In this document: piece after piece, positions 28,193 through 36,947 of the stretch
Layout: the number at the start of each line of letters is the position of its first letter
How positions within the stretch are numbered: the stretch's first letter is position 1
Assembly: GCA_963772365.1 (NCBI GenBank)
Contig: CAVYXA010000001.1
Coordinates: forward strand, 608,001-672,000
Origin: an uncultured Verrucomicrobiae bacterium
GTDB taxonomy: Bacteria; Verrucomicrobiota; Verrucomicrobiia; Chthoniobacterales; UBA10450
Direction: 5' to 3'
Length of the DNA stretch: 64,000 nucleotides
Notes under the pieces: generated by a model
Seen by the model: only the letters and a program-made list of their open reading frames with translations
Told to the model about the DNA's origin: nothing
Database searches by the model: none
Translations under genes and position numbers: made by a program

Positions 28193-30472
28193 TTACATTC
28201 GTGGGCGGCTTCGGCGCCGGGGCGGCGGAGTCGATGCCGGTTGGGGGGGATGTTTGATTCCAAAGAGACGTTGGAAAAAGTTTGGTCGTCGCGGCTGCGG
28301 GGCGACCACCGGTTGAGCGCGCGGGATGGAGCCTCGACGCGTGACCTGCCCCTGAGCGTCCGCTTCCATTTCCACATCTGGCGCCGCGCCGCCAGTGGAC
28401 ATTTGGACATCCGCATTCTGAGAATCGCCTCCACCTTCCTCATCCGTGCCTTCAACGTTCGGCCCGGAATCGTGAAAGCTGACCGCCTTAATACTTTGGA
28501 ATGGATCAGCTGTATGGGCGGGCGCGAGCCAAGCTACGGGCATGTCGAAGCTGTCATTTTCCAAACCTAACGCGCGCTCCATGATCCGGGCCGCGATCGG
28601 CCCGGCGACTGGACCGCCGTGCCCGCCGTGCTCACCAGCCTGGACCATCACGACTACAACGTACTTGGGATGATCGAATGGTGCGAAGCACGCGAACCAT
28701 GCGACGTTGCCTTCGACGCCACGGTCTGTTGCTTGCGCCGTTCCCGTTTTGCCAGCGACCACTGTATTCTTCAGCCGCGCCGCGCTGCCCGTTCCGCCGT
28801 CTTCATTGACAACCTTCCAGAAGCCTTTGCGCAGTAGTTCGATATCCGAGGCGGAAATTTCGCGGCGCAAATCCGAACGCACTCGTGGTATCTGCGATAC
28901 AACAGGGCGACCGCTCTCATCCAGAAGGGGCGAGCCATCCTGATTCAAAACTCTGTCAACCAAACGCGGATAATAACAAGTGCCGCCGTTTGCAATCGCC
29001 ACGTATGCCATCGCGAGTTGAAGTGGAGAGACGAGCGTGTATCCCTGGCCAATTGAAACGTTGGCAGTTTGCGCCTGGGTCCAGCGTTCGAGGGGATGAT
29101 GCAATTGCATCCATTCCGGCCCTGGCATGTTGCCGGCCTGCTCACCAGCCAATTGCAGACCCGATTCTTCTCCGATCCCCAGCATCTTACCGACTATATC
29201 GATTGATTGAATGCCGGCGGCGTTTCCATATTGATAGAAAAACGCATCGCACGAAACCTTAATCGCATCGGCCAAACTGAGATACCCGTGGGTGTAATGT
29301 TTGGACGCCACCCAACACTTGAAATAATGATCGCCGTAGCTCACACCTCCCGTGCAGGTAAATTTTGCGTCCGCCATACCGCGGCGCAATCCGGCCAGCG
29401 ATGTGATCAGTTTAAATGTCGATCCTGGCGGTAACCCGCTGATGGCTCGGTTTACCAGCGGGTGTGCCGCATCCTTTCGTAACGCCTCCCAATCCTTCGC
29501 CTTGATGCTAGGGATAAAAGTGTTTGGATCGAACGACGGGACGGAAGCCATCGCCAGCACGTTGCCGTTATTGGGATCGACAACCACCGCTCCCGCGCGA
29601 CCTACCGCACGTAACGCTTCTTCGGTAATGGATTGGATCCGCGCATCGATCGTCAGGTAAACGTTGGCCCCTTGTCGGGGCGGAACTTCGCGGAGCACTC
29701 CATCGATTGCTCCCTTTGCATTGCGCCGCAAATAACGCACACCCGGTTTGCCGCGAAGATATTCATCCATTGTTTTCTCGATATTTGATTTTCCCTCTAG
29801 ATCGCCCTGGTAGAACGTGAACTTCTTCGCCTCCTCTTTGTCGACGTCGTCCGGGGCACCCACATAACCGAGAATGTGGGACGCTAACGCGCCGTAGATG
29901 TAGGAACGAACCGGCTTCACGGCGATATCGACGCCCGGCAATCCCACATCATGTTCGGAAAATTTGGCCATCGTGGGAAAATCGATGTCCTGAATGTAAG
30001 AATAGGGCACTTCCGTGTCGTTTCGATAGTGTCTTTGCAGTTGCTTGGCGTTGTAATCACGCGCCAGATCCAGATCATTCAATCGCGGCACAACACCGTT
30101 GTTCACGATCTTGATGATGTCCGGCTCCTTCACATCTTTGGGCATACCGTTGATCGTGGCGCGATATTCGCTCAACGGTGGCGAGCCAAATCGTTCTCGA
30201 TAGCCCTTGACCATTTCGGGCAGATAAAAATCGACTTCGTAGCTTGCTCGATTTGTTACGAGCGTGACTCCGTTACGGTCCTTGATTTCCCCTCGCACGG
30301 AAGGCAGCCGAACGGTCGCCTGCGAGCTGCTGCGAATCTGTGCAGTCCATTCCTTCCCATGAGCGACTTGAATCCACCATAGCTTTAGCAAAAGAGCACC
30401 CATCCCCATGAGCATCAGCAATCCGAGAAACTGGATCCGCAAGCGTGACGTGAAACGGCGGCGTCGATTCAT
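28193..30472 (-). CDS. mrdA: Penicillin-binding protein 2
   Basis: PGSTFK, SCD and KTGTAQ motifs; follows mreD. Confidence 0.93.
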   Translation of the reverse strand: MNRRRRFTSRLRIQFLGLLMLMGMGALLLKLWWIQVAHGKEWTAQIRSSSQATVRLPSVRGEIKDRNGVTLVTNRASYEVDFYLPEMVKGYRERFGSPPLSEYRATINGMPKDVKEPDIIKIVNNGVVPRLNDLDLARDYNAKQLQRHYRNDTEVPYSYIQDIDFPTMAKFSEHDVGLPGVDIAVKPVRSYIYGALASHILGYVGAPDDVDKEEAKKFTFYQGDLEGKSNIEKTMDEYLRGKPGVRYLRRNAKGAIDGVLREVPPRQGANVYLTIDARIQSITEEALRAVGRAGAVVVDPNNGNVLAMASVPSFDPNTFIPSIKAKDWEALRKDAAHPLVNRAISGLPPGSTFKLITSLAGLRRGMADAKFTCTGGVSYGDHYFKCWVASKHYTHGYLSLADAIKVSCDAFFYQYGNAAGIQSIDIVGKMLGIGEESGLQLAGEQAGNMPGPEWMQLHHPLERWTQAQTANVSIGQGYTLVSPLQLAMAYVAIANGGTCYYPRLVDRVLNQDGSPLLDESGRPVVSQIPRVRSDLRREISASDIELLRKGFWKVVNEDGGTGSAARLKNTVVAGKTGTAQATDRGVEGNVAWFACFAPFDHPKYVVVVMVQAGEHGGHGGPVAGPIAARIMERALGLENDSFDMPVAWLAPAHTADPFQSIKAVSFHDSGPNVEGTDEEGGGDSQNADVQMSTGGAAPDVEMEADAQGQVTRRGSIPRAQPVVAPQPRRPNFFQRLFGIKHPPQPASTPPPRRRSRPRM

Positions 30473-31011
30473 TCAAATCCTTCTCTTTGCGACAAATAAT
30501 GGAAGCCAGTGATGCGGCCAAGCCATTGCAGAAATAGAAAAATGATTGGCGCCAGCAACATGGCGATCAGGCCGGGTCCGCCGATCTGCCACCAAACGTC
30601 GTTCGAAAAAACAAGTGATCCTCGCCGAAAGCTGATCATTAAATATTGGGTCAAAACGATTAGCGATGTGCAGATGCCAGTCATGATGCAATGCACTTCC
30701 CAGCGGCCGCGGATGAAAAGTGGCCTCAGGCCATGCATGATTCCCGCCAAAACCGCGTAGAGCAGTATCGACCATCCGAGAGAGATTTCAACTTTCCCAT
30801 CGATCACCTGCACTGTCAGCGCATCGAGCAGAATGCCGGAGTAGAACGCGAGGGCGAGCATCAGCGGAAATGGCAGGACTACCGCGCCATAAAAAACAAT
30901 CACCGGCACAATATAGACGTGACTGTTATAAAGAAACGGCAACGTCGGAATGAAAAACTCCGCGACCTGTGCAATCAGGACCAGAACCAAAAGAAGAAAA
31001 AAGAAAATCAT
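30469..31011 (-). CDS. mreD: Rod shape-determining protein MreD-like
   Basis: 180-aa hydrophobic protein with G...D motif, between mreC and mrdA with ATGA overlaps. Confidence 0.75.
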   Translation of the reverse strand: MIFFFLLLVLVLIAQVAEFFIPTLPFLYNSHVYIVPVIVFYGAVVLPFPLMLALAFYSGILLDALTVQVIDGKVEISLGWSILLYAVLAGIMHGLRPLFIRGRWEVHCIMTGICTSLIVLTQYLMISFRRGSLVFSNDVWWQIGGPGLIAMLLAPIIFLFLQWLGRITGFHYLSQREGFE

Positions 31012-31811
31012 TTCCGTCCCGTAACTACGAACACATCCTCCAAATGCGCCAAGTCGACGCCTGGGGTCAACACTGCCTGCCCATCAAGTTCGCGGACCCG
31101 AAAGCTTTTCACTACACCGACTAGGAGACCGGACGGGAAAACGCCGCCTACGCCAGTTGTATAGACTTTCTGGCCTGGCTTCAGGTCCGCTTGTTTAGAG
31201 AGAAAATTAAGATTCAGAAGCGGCGTCACACCGTTGCTGACTCGCTCGCCGGAAGCGATTCCTTGCTCTCGAGTGCCTTCTACGGAACAAGCCACCTTGC
31301 AATTCTCGTCCGAAATCAAAAGGACAACCGTTATGTTGGCGCTCACGGTAGTCGTTTTTCCGACAAGTCCTTCGTCGGTCACAACGGGCATATCGATCTC
31401 AACGCCATCTTCCGAACCTCGATTGATTGTAACGGTGCGCCACCAGGTGGAGGAATCTCGAGTGACGACGACGGCGGGCACAAGTTTGAATACGGAGCGC
31501 TCCTTGTAACTGAGCGCGTGCCGGAGGCGATTCACTTCCCGCTCGACATCCCGCAGCGCTTGATTCGTGGCCCGCAATTTTCGATTTTCGACTTCCAATG
31601 CCGAATTTTCGCGTTCCAGTTGATCGAGTGATTTCAGACCCGTGCGTACCGAGGTAATTTGGTTTTGCAAACCTGAGCCGCCGGTCAGAAAGGGCGCAAT
31701 CAGCTGGTAAACGGCGGCTTGAAACTTCCGCGTGCTCTCGGGTCCAAAGCTCAGAAAATAGCCAAGTATGGCGCCAAAGATGAGGAGCGCGATAATGCCC
31801 GTGCGACTCAT
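31008..31811 (-). CDS. mreC: Rod shape-determining protein MreC
   Basis: TM helix and coiled coil; INRGSEDGV..DMPVV...GLVG and TTGVGGVFPSGLLVG motifs. Confidence 0.95.
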   Translation of the reverse strand: MSRTGIIALLIFGAILGYFLSFGPESTRKFQAAVYQLIAPFLTGGSGLQNQITSVRTGLKSLDQLERENSALEVENRKLRATNQALRDVEREVNRLRHALSYKERSVFKLVPAVVVTRDSSTWWRTVTINRGSEDGVEIDMPVVTDEGLVGKTTTVSANITVVLLISDENCKVACSVEGTREQGIASGERVSNGVTPLLNLNFLSKQADLKPGQKVYTTGVGGVFPSGLLVGVVKSFRVRELDGQAVLTPGVDLAHLEDVFVVTGRK

Positions 31812-31871
31812 TCTCGTAGCCGGGCCCTCCAGCCCATGATCAAAGATCGGCTGCCATCCGAGGACACAGCG

Positions 31872-32909
31872 CTACCGCCATTGCCGATCGGCGGATGCAA
31901 CTTGACGCAAAAATTTGAGTTCATTGAGACATTTGCCTGTTCCTTCCGCAACGGCGCTCAATGGATCTTCAGCAACATGGACAGGCAACCCGGTCTCTTC
32001 GCTCAAAAGCTTATCGAAGCCGCGTAACAATGCGCCGCCGCCTGCCAGAACCAAGCCGCGATCGACCAGATCCGCAGAAAGCTCAGGCGGACAACGCTCG
32101 AGTGTGATGCGTACGGAATCCACGATGGTCGAGATCGGTTCGAGCAGCGCTTCACGCACCTCCTGAGAAGTGATCATTAAGGTCTTTGGTAATCCCGCCA
32201 CCAAATCGCGCCCTTTTACTTCTACACTCGTTTCCTTTTCACTCGGATAGGCGCTGCCAATCTTGATCTTAATCTCCTCGGCCGTGCGCTCGCCGACCAT
32301 TAAATTGTAGGCGCGCTTCATGTACTGCACGATCGCTTCGTCCAATTCGTCACCGGCCACCCGAACACTTCGGCTAAACACGATCCCGGAGAGCGAGATC
32401 AAAGCTACTTCTGTCGTGCCACCACCGATGTCGATGATCATGTTGCCAGCCGGGTCTTGCACCGGAAGACCAACACCAATCGCAGCAGCCATTGGCTCTT
32501 CGATCAAATAAACTTCCCGCGCACCAGCGTGAGTCGCGGATTCTCGCACTGCGCGCTTCTCAACTTCTGTAATGCCGGAAGGCACTGCGATCACCACCCG
32601 CGGGCGCGCACGCACCCGACGATTGTGAACTTTGGAAATGAAATGCCGGAGCATCGCTTCGGTAACCTCGAAGTCTGCAATCACGCCATCCTTCAATGGA
32701 CGCACCGCGACGATATTGGATGGCGTCCGGCCAAGCATCCGCTTCGCTTCATCGCCGACTGCCAGCACCTTGTTTGTGCCGGCTTGCACGGCCACAACTG
32801 AGGGCTCGCGCAAGACAATCCCTTGGTCTTTGACATAGACGAGCGTGTTCGCCGTGCCGAGGTCGATGCCGATGTCGCTGGATAACCAGCCAAAAACTCC
32901 GTTAAACAT
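31872..32909 (-). CDS. mreB: Rod shape-determining protein MreB
   Basis: [27 protein letters not shown] and LAGGGALL motifs. Confidence 0.98.
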   Translation of the reverse strand: MFNGVFGWLSSDIGIDLGTANTLVYVKDQGIVLREPSVVAVQAGTNKVLAVGDEAKRMLGRTPSNIVAVRPLKDGVIADFEVTEAMLRHFISKVHNRRVRARPRVVIAVPSGITEVEKRAVRESATHAGAREVYLIEEPMAAAIGVGLPVQDPAGNMIIDIGGGTTEVALISLSGIVFSRSVRVAGDELDEAIVQYMKRAYNLMVGERTAEEIKIKIGSAYPSEKETSVEVKGRDLVAGLPKTLMITSQEVREALLEPISTIVDSVRITLERCPPELSADLVDRGLVLAGGGALLRGFDKLLSEETGLPVHVAEDPLSAVAEGTGKCLNELKFLRQVASADRQWR

Positions 32910-33187
32910 GAATCAAAATTTGCTTTCCTAGCCGCTCGGAAACGCTGTTGTTAAGCAAACTGTGCGCCCTCGCCGCGCGATTTCTAATCGGCTGAAATGC
33001 CGCCGTAATGTGAAACAGTGCGTCGCCTCGTCAAGCGCATTTATGTGGACGCCAAACCGTTAAAATTTTCGAGAGTCGTTTGCCTCGAATGGGCGATGCT
33101 CCTCGCCATTGCATCCTGCCGGCAAATAGAAAGAATTAAAGGGGGTCCCCCCCAAAAAAAACTTTCTAAACTTTCTTTAAAATAGGC

Positions 33188-33216
33188 TTGACTTCGTTGC
33201 GCGAAATTCATACAAG
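33188..33216 (+). promoter_or_regulatory. Sigma-70-like promoter with AT-rich upstream tract
   Basis: TTGACT-N17-TACAAG, preceded by A/T tracts at 33154-33183. Confidence 0.45.
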
Positions 33217-33253
33217 CGACACTAATTCAAGAACTCAAACCAGTCTTAATTAT

Positions 33254-33987
33254 ATGAAAACAAATTCCTCACGTTATCTGCCCGTTGTAATAGCGGCCGT
33301 TTTTTGTGTCAGCGTCACGGCCGCTCGAGCCATGGACACTTGGGATCCGTATCACGCAACCGGTGCCGCACAGTACGGCGGATCACCGCATGCCATAAAC
33401 GCAACCTACATGATTGACGATGGCACCGCAGAGGACAGCATTGGTCTGACTGCCGGTGGGACCTTTACGGCGGCGAACTTGTTTGCAGTTACCGGCGGCA
33501 ACAATATCATCACCTCCATCGAGATCGCCTGGGTATCCCCGCGTTTCCCGATCCCAGTTTGGAGAACCTCCCGTTCACTGCGAGTTTGTGGAGCGATCCA
33601 AATGGCGATGGCAACCCTGCCGATGCAGTTTTATTGCAGGCAACGGTTGGTAACATTATGAACCAAGGAACAAACATGTTCCAGACCTTGCTAATTACTC
33701 CCACGATGGTGACGACGGCGAATTTCTTTGTCGGCTTCACTATTACTCACTCTGCTGGTCAGTTCCCGGCTGCGTTCGACGAAGACGCTCCTACGTTTTC
33801 CAATACCTCCTGGATTAACATTGGCCCTGACATAGGTGGCGGCGGCGCTTTCCCGATTGAACAGGCCGGTCTCGTTGGCAACTGGCTCATCCGTGCCAAT
33901 GCCGTGCCGGAGCCGTCAACCTGGGCGATGCTGGGTTTTGGAGGATCCATGCTGGGAGCATTCCTGCGCTTCCGTCGTCGCAGCTAA
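33254..33987 (+). pseudogene. PEP-CTERM surface protein with a 1-bp frameshift (about 244 aa if repaired)
   Basis: Signal peptide in the first ORF and AVPEPSTWAML-TM-RFRRRS in the second; adding one G to GGG at 33531-33533 gives EIAWGIPAFPDPSLENLPF. Confidence 0.85.
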
Positions 33988-34010
33988 ATCAGCGACAGTT
34001 TAAACTTTGC

Positions 34011-34047
34011 AACCGCCTCTCCGTCATCGGAGAGGCGGTTTTGTTTT
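34011..34047 (+). terminator. Rho-independent terminator
   Basis: AACCGCCTCTCCG-tcat-CGGAGAGGCGGTT followed by TTGTTTT. Confidence 0.9.
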
Positions 34048-34101
34048 GTCTCGGAAGCGGCTTTCGACTTGCGCGCAATCGAGGCTGTTGAACCTTTGAC
34101 G

Positions 34102-34758
34102 ATGGCAGGAATTGTGATCGCTCCTTCAATTCTGGCCGCGGACTTCTCACAATTGGCTAATGAGATCCACAAAGTCGAAACCGCAGGCGCCGACTGGATC
34201 CACTGCGATATCATGGACGGACATTTCGTGGACAATATTTCTTTCGGACCGGCAATTGTTCGTTTCGTCCGTAAACATACTAAACTGCCGCTTGATGTGC
34301 ACCTGATGATCGAGCATCCGGATCATTATGTGCCACGGTTTGTCGAGGCGGGCGCGAATTCGATCACGGTCCATGTCGAACCCGAAGCCAAACACGATGT
34401 CGCAAAAACGTTGCAGCAAATTCGGGATGCCGGTTGCCGCGTCGGGTTAACCTTGAACCCGGCGACTGCGTTTGATTTGGCAGAACCGTTCCTCGATAGG
34501 ATTGACATGCTGTTGGTGATGACCGTGCATCCCGGCTTTGGCGGGCAGTCCTTCCGAGCCGATCAAATGGAGAAAGTCAAACGGGCCGCTGCCTGGAATC
34601 GGTCGCGTGAAAACAAGATCGACATCGAGGTGGACGGCGGGATCAATGCCGACACCGCGCGGGTGGCGATCGAAAACGGAGCTAATGTGCTCGTCGCGGG
34701 AACCTCAATCTTTCACGCGACCGATTACGCGAAAGCAATTCGAGAACTGCGCGGCTGA
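34102..34758 (+). CDS. rpe: Ribulose-phosphate 3-epimerase
   Basis: IAPSILAADF, H.DIMDGHFV, DVHLMI, MTV.PGFGGQ and VDGGI motifs. Confidence 0.97.
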   Translation: MAGIVIAPSILAADFSQLANEIHKVETAGADWIHCDIMDGHFVDNISFGPAIVRFVRKHTKLPLDVHLMIEHPDHYVPRFVEAGANSITVHVEPEAKHDVAKTLQQIRDAGCRVGLTLNPATAFDLAEPFLDRIDMLLVMTVHPGFGGQSFRADQMEKVKRAAAWNRSRENKIDIEVDGGINADTARVAIENGANVLVAGTSIFHATDYAKAIRELRG

Positions 34759-34775
34759 CCGACACAAGGAAAGTT

Positions 34776-36512
34776 TTAGCTCATGACGGGCTGGGCTTCT
34801 GCCGTCGTCTCTGCCATCACTTCGTCGGTTTGAGTAACTCGGACTACTTCTTCGATTGTCGTTTTTCCCTGCGCGACACGACGCCAGCCGTCCTGGCGCA
34901 AAGTTTCCATGCCCTCAGCGATAGCGCATTGCTTCAACTCGCTTCCGTCGGATTTGCGCATGATCAATTTCCGCAACGGCTCCGTCACCACACAAATTTC
35001 GTAAATGGCGGCCCGCCCTTGATATCCCGTCTGCCGGCAATAATCGCAACCCACTCCGCGCCGGAATTGAGTTCCGAGCTCGTGAGGGAATCCAATCTCC
35101 AGCAGATAATCGTGCGGATACTCGAACCATTGAACGCACTCCGGACAAATCGTGCGGACAAGTCGCTGAGCAATGAATGCTTTCACGACGGAGGCGAGCA
35201 GGAACGGCTCCACATCCATATCGAGCAACCGAGTGATTCCGCCGACGGCGTCATTTGTGTGGAGTGTGCTGAACACAAGGTGACCGGTCATGGCCGCGCG
35301 AATCGCGATATCAGCCGTTTCGACGTCTCTGATTTCCCCCACCATCACGACGTTTGGATCCTGCCGTAGAATATGGCGAAGGCCCTTGGCGAAGGTGAGA
35401 TCAATCTCCGGCTTCACGTCGATCTGGGAAACACCTGGTAAACGATATTCCACCGGTTCTTCGATCGTGATGATTCGTCGTTGGACTGAATTGATACTGC
35501 TGAGAAAACAATAAAGGGAGGTAGACTTCCCGCATCCGGTGGGCCCGGTAACAAGTATGATTCCATTTGGCTGAGCCAGCAGATGCCGAATGGTGTCTTC
35601 CTGTTTTGCGCTCAGGTCGAGTCGCTCAAAATTAAATTGCTGATCGCCCCGGCTGAGCAACCGCAAGCTGATCGATTCGCCATTGACCGTCGGAATGGTC
35701 GAAACACGGACGTCAATCTCCTGATTGTTTGCGTGCAGATTCATTCGTCCGTCTTGCGGAAGGCGGCGTTCGGCGATATCCATGTGCGACATCACCTTGA
35801 GACGCGAAATAATGGCCGATTGCAGCACTCGCAATTGTGGCGGGACTGCGACTTCGTGCAGAATTCCATCGATTCGATAACGAATTCGCAAATCGCTTTC
35901 CAACGGCTCGACGTGAATATCGGTGGCCCGCTCGAGGATGGCCTCGCGAATGATCTGGTTTACAAATTTGACGACCGAAGCCTCAGGATCGTCCTCGTTC
36001 AACTCGATGGCAGCTTCTCCTTCCTGAAGGACTTCAAAGGAGCGATTGGTCTTGAGAATCTCATCGAATGTTTCCGCACCGATACCGTACAGCGCCTTCA
36101 TCGCTCGCAGAAGTTGCGTGCGCGGCACAAGCACCCATTCGGCCGGCTTCTTCAACAGCTGCGAGGCAAGCTGTCGCCCGATGGAATTGAAGAGGTCATA
36201 CGTGGCCAGGACGACCGAGTTTTCCTTCGCCTCGATCGGCAGGATGTGGTGTTGAAAAACGAAACGGCTCGGCAGGATCGACAATGTTTCGCGGTTAATG
36301 TTCTTCGGATCAAGATTAACGACCGGCACCCGAAAGTGCTCACCAATCACGCTCAGGAAGCGGTGCTCATCCACTTTTCCGGAATCGAGCACCTGCCCCG
36401 TCCACGAACCGCCATTGAGACCCGAGACGAGCTCCATCGCTTCCTCGCGCGAAGGCACACCACTCGCGAGAAGCAAATCGATCACAGACTGACTAACCGG
36501 GTTGTTCATCAC
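34776..36512 (-). CDS. gspE: GspE/PulE/PilB family secretion ATPase
   Basis: ATDIHVEP, RLPQDGR, GPTGCGKST, LRQDP, GEIRD, STLHTND and tetracysteine motifs. Confidence 0.92.
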   Translation of the reverse strand: MMNNPVSQSVIDLLLASGVPSREEAMELVSGLNGGSWTGQVLDSGKVDEHRFLSVIGEHFRVPVVNLDPKNINRETLSILPSRFVFQHHILPIEAKENSVVLATYDLFNSIGRQLASQLLKKPAEWVLVPRTQLLRAMKALYGIGAETFDEILKTNRSFEVLQEGEAAIELNEDDPEASVVKFVNQIIREAILERATDIHVEPLESDLRIRYRIDGILHEVAVPPQLRVLQSAIISRLKVMSHMDIAERRLPQDGRMNLHANNQEIDVRVSTIPTVNGESISLRLLSRGDQQFNFERLDLSAKQEDTIRHLLAQPNGIILVTGPTGCGKSTSLYCFLSSINSVQRRIITIEEPVEYRLPGVSQIDVKPEIDLTFAKGLRHILRQDPNVVMVGEIRDVETADIAIRAAMTGHLVFSTLHTNDAVGGITRLLDMDVEPFLLASVVKAFIAQRLVRTICPECVQWFEYPHDYLLEIGFPHELGTQFRRGVGCDYCRQTGYQGRAAIYEICVVTEPLRKLIMRKSDGSELKQCAIAEGMETLRQDGWRRVAQGKTTIEEVVRVTQTDEVMAETTAEAQPVMS

Positions 36513-36537
36513 TGAGGGGTTGTGTACGTATCAAGAA

Positions 36538-36945
36538 CTACGGCAAGTGCAACGCTCGCCGAACGGGGATCGTGAGTGTGCCTGTCACCCGAAAGGAATA
36601 ATTCTTCTGCAACCGGGCAATCGCGTCGCTCACTTCCATCGAATAGATGCCATCGATCGGCCCACAGTAGTAACCAAGACGACTTAGGTCGCGCTGCAAC
36701 GCGCCAACATATGCAGGCTGCGACATCAGACCCCGCCTGCCCTGCAACCAATACAGCGGTCGCCAGCAATACCGCGGCGCCAAATCCGTTTCGTTTACGT
36801 CCTTGTTTTGGTGCAGCAATCCGGATTCATCGCGAGGGGCCAGTGGATCAGTCCCATGGAAGAACGGATTATCGAAAAGGTCTCCTACCTGAGCACCAGC
36901 GGTTCCCATACCGACCATCAGAACTATCAAGATCAACGTCTTCAT
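36538..36945 (-). CDS. Secreted peptidoglycan-binding domain (PG_binding_1) protein
   Basis: Signal peptide; LQRDLSRLGYY.GPIDG...AI..LQ.....VTG pattern. Confidence 0.8.
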   Translation of the reverse strand: MKTLILIVLMVGMGTAGAQVGDLFDNPFFHGTDPLAPRDESGLLHQNKDVNETDLAPRYCWRPLYWLQGRRGLMSQPAYVGALQRDLSRLGYYCGPIDGIYSMEVSDAIARLQKNYSFRVTGTLTIPVRRALHLP

Positions 36946-36947
36946 AC

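Noticed and set aside
33141..33161. GGGGG-T-CCCCCCC-AAAAAAAA homopolymer stretch upstream of the PEP-CTERM gene as a slippage switch
   Set aside because: It lies upstream of the putative -35 rather than in the spacer, and a single sequence gives no evidence of length variation.
35583..36515. 310-aa plus-strand ORF and similar long antisense ORFs (26726-27352, 44995-45669, 58805-59455)
   Set aside because: These are shadow ORFs opposite well-supported genes in GC-rich DNA and have no recognisable motifs.
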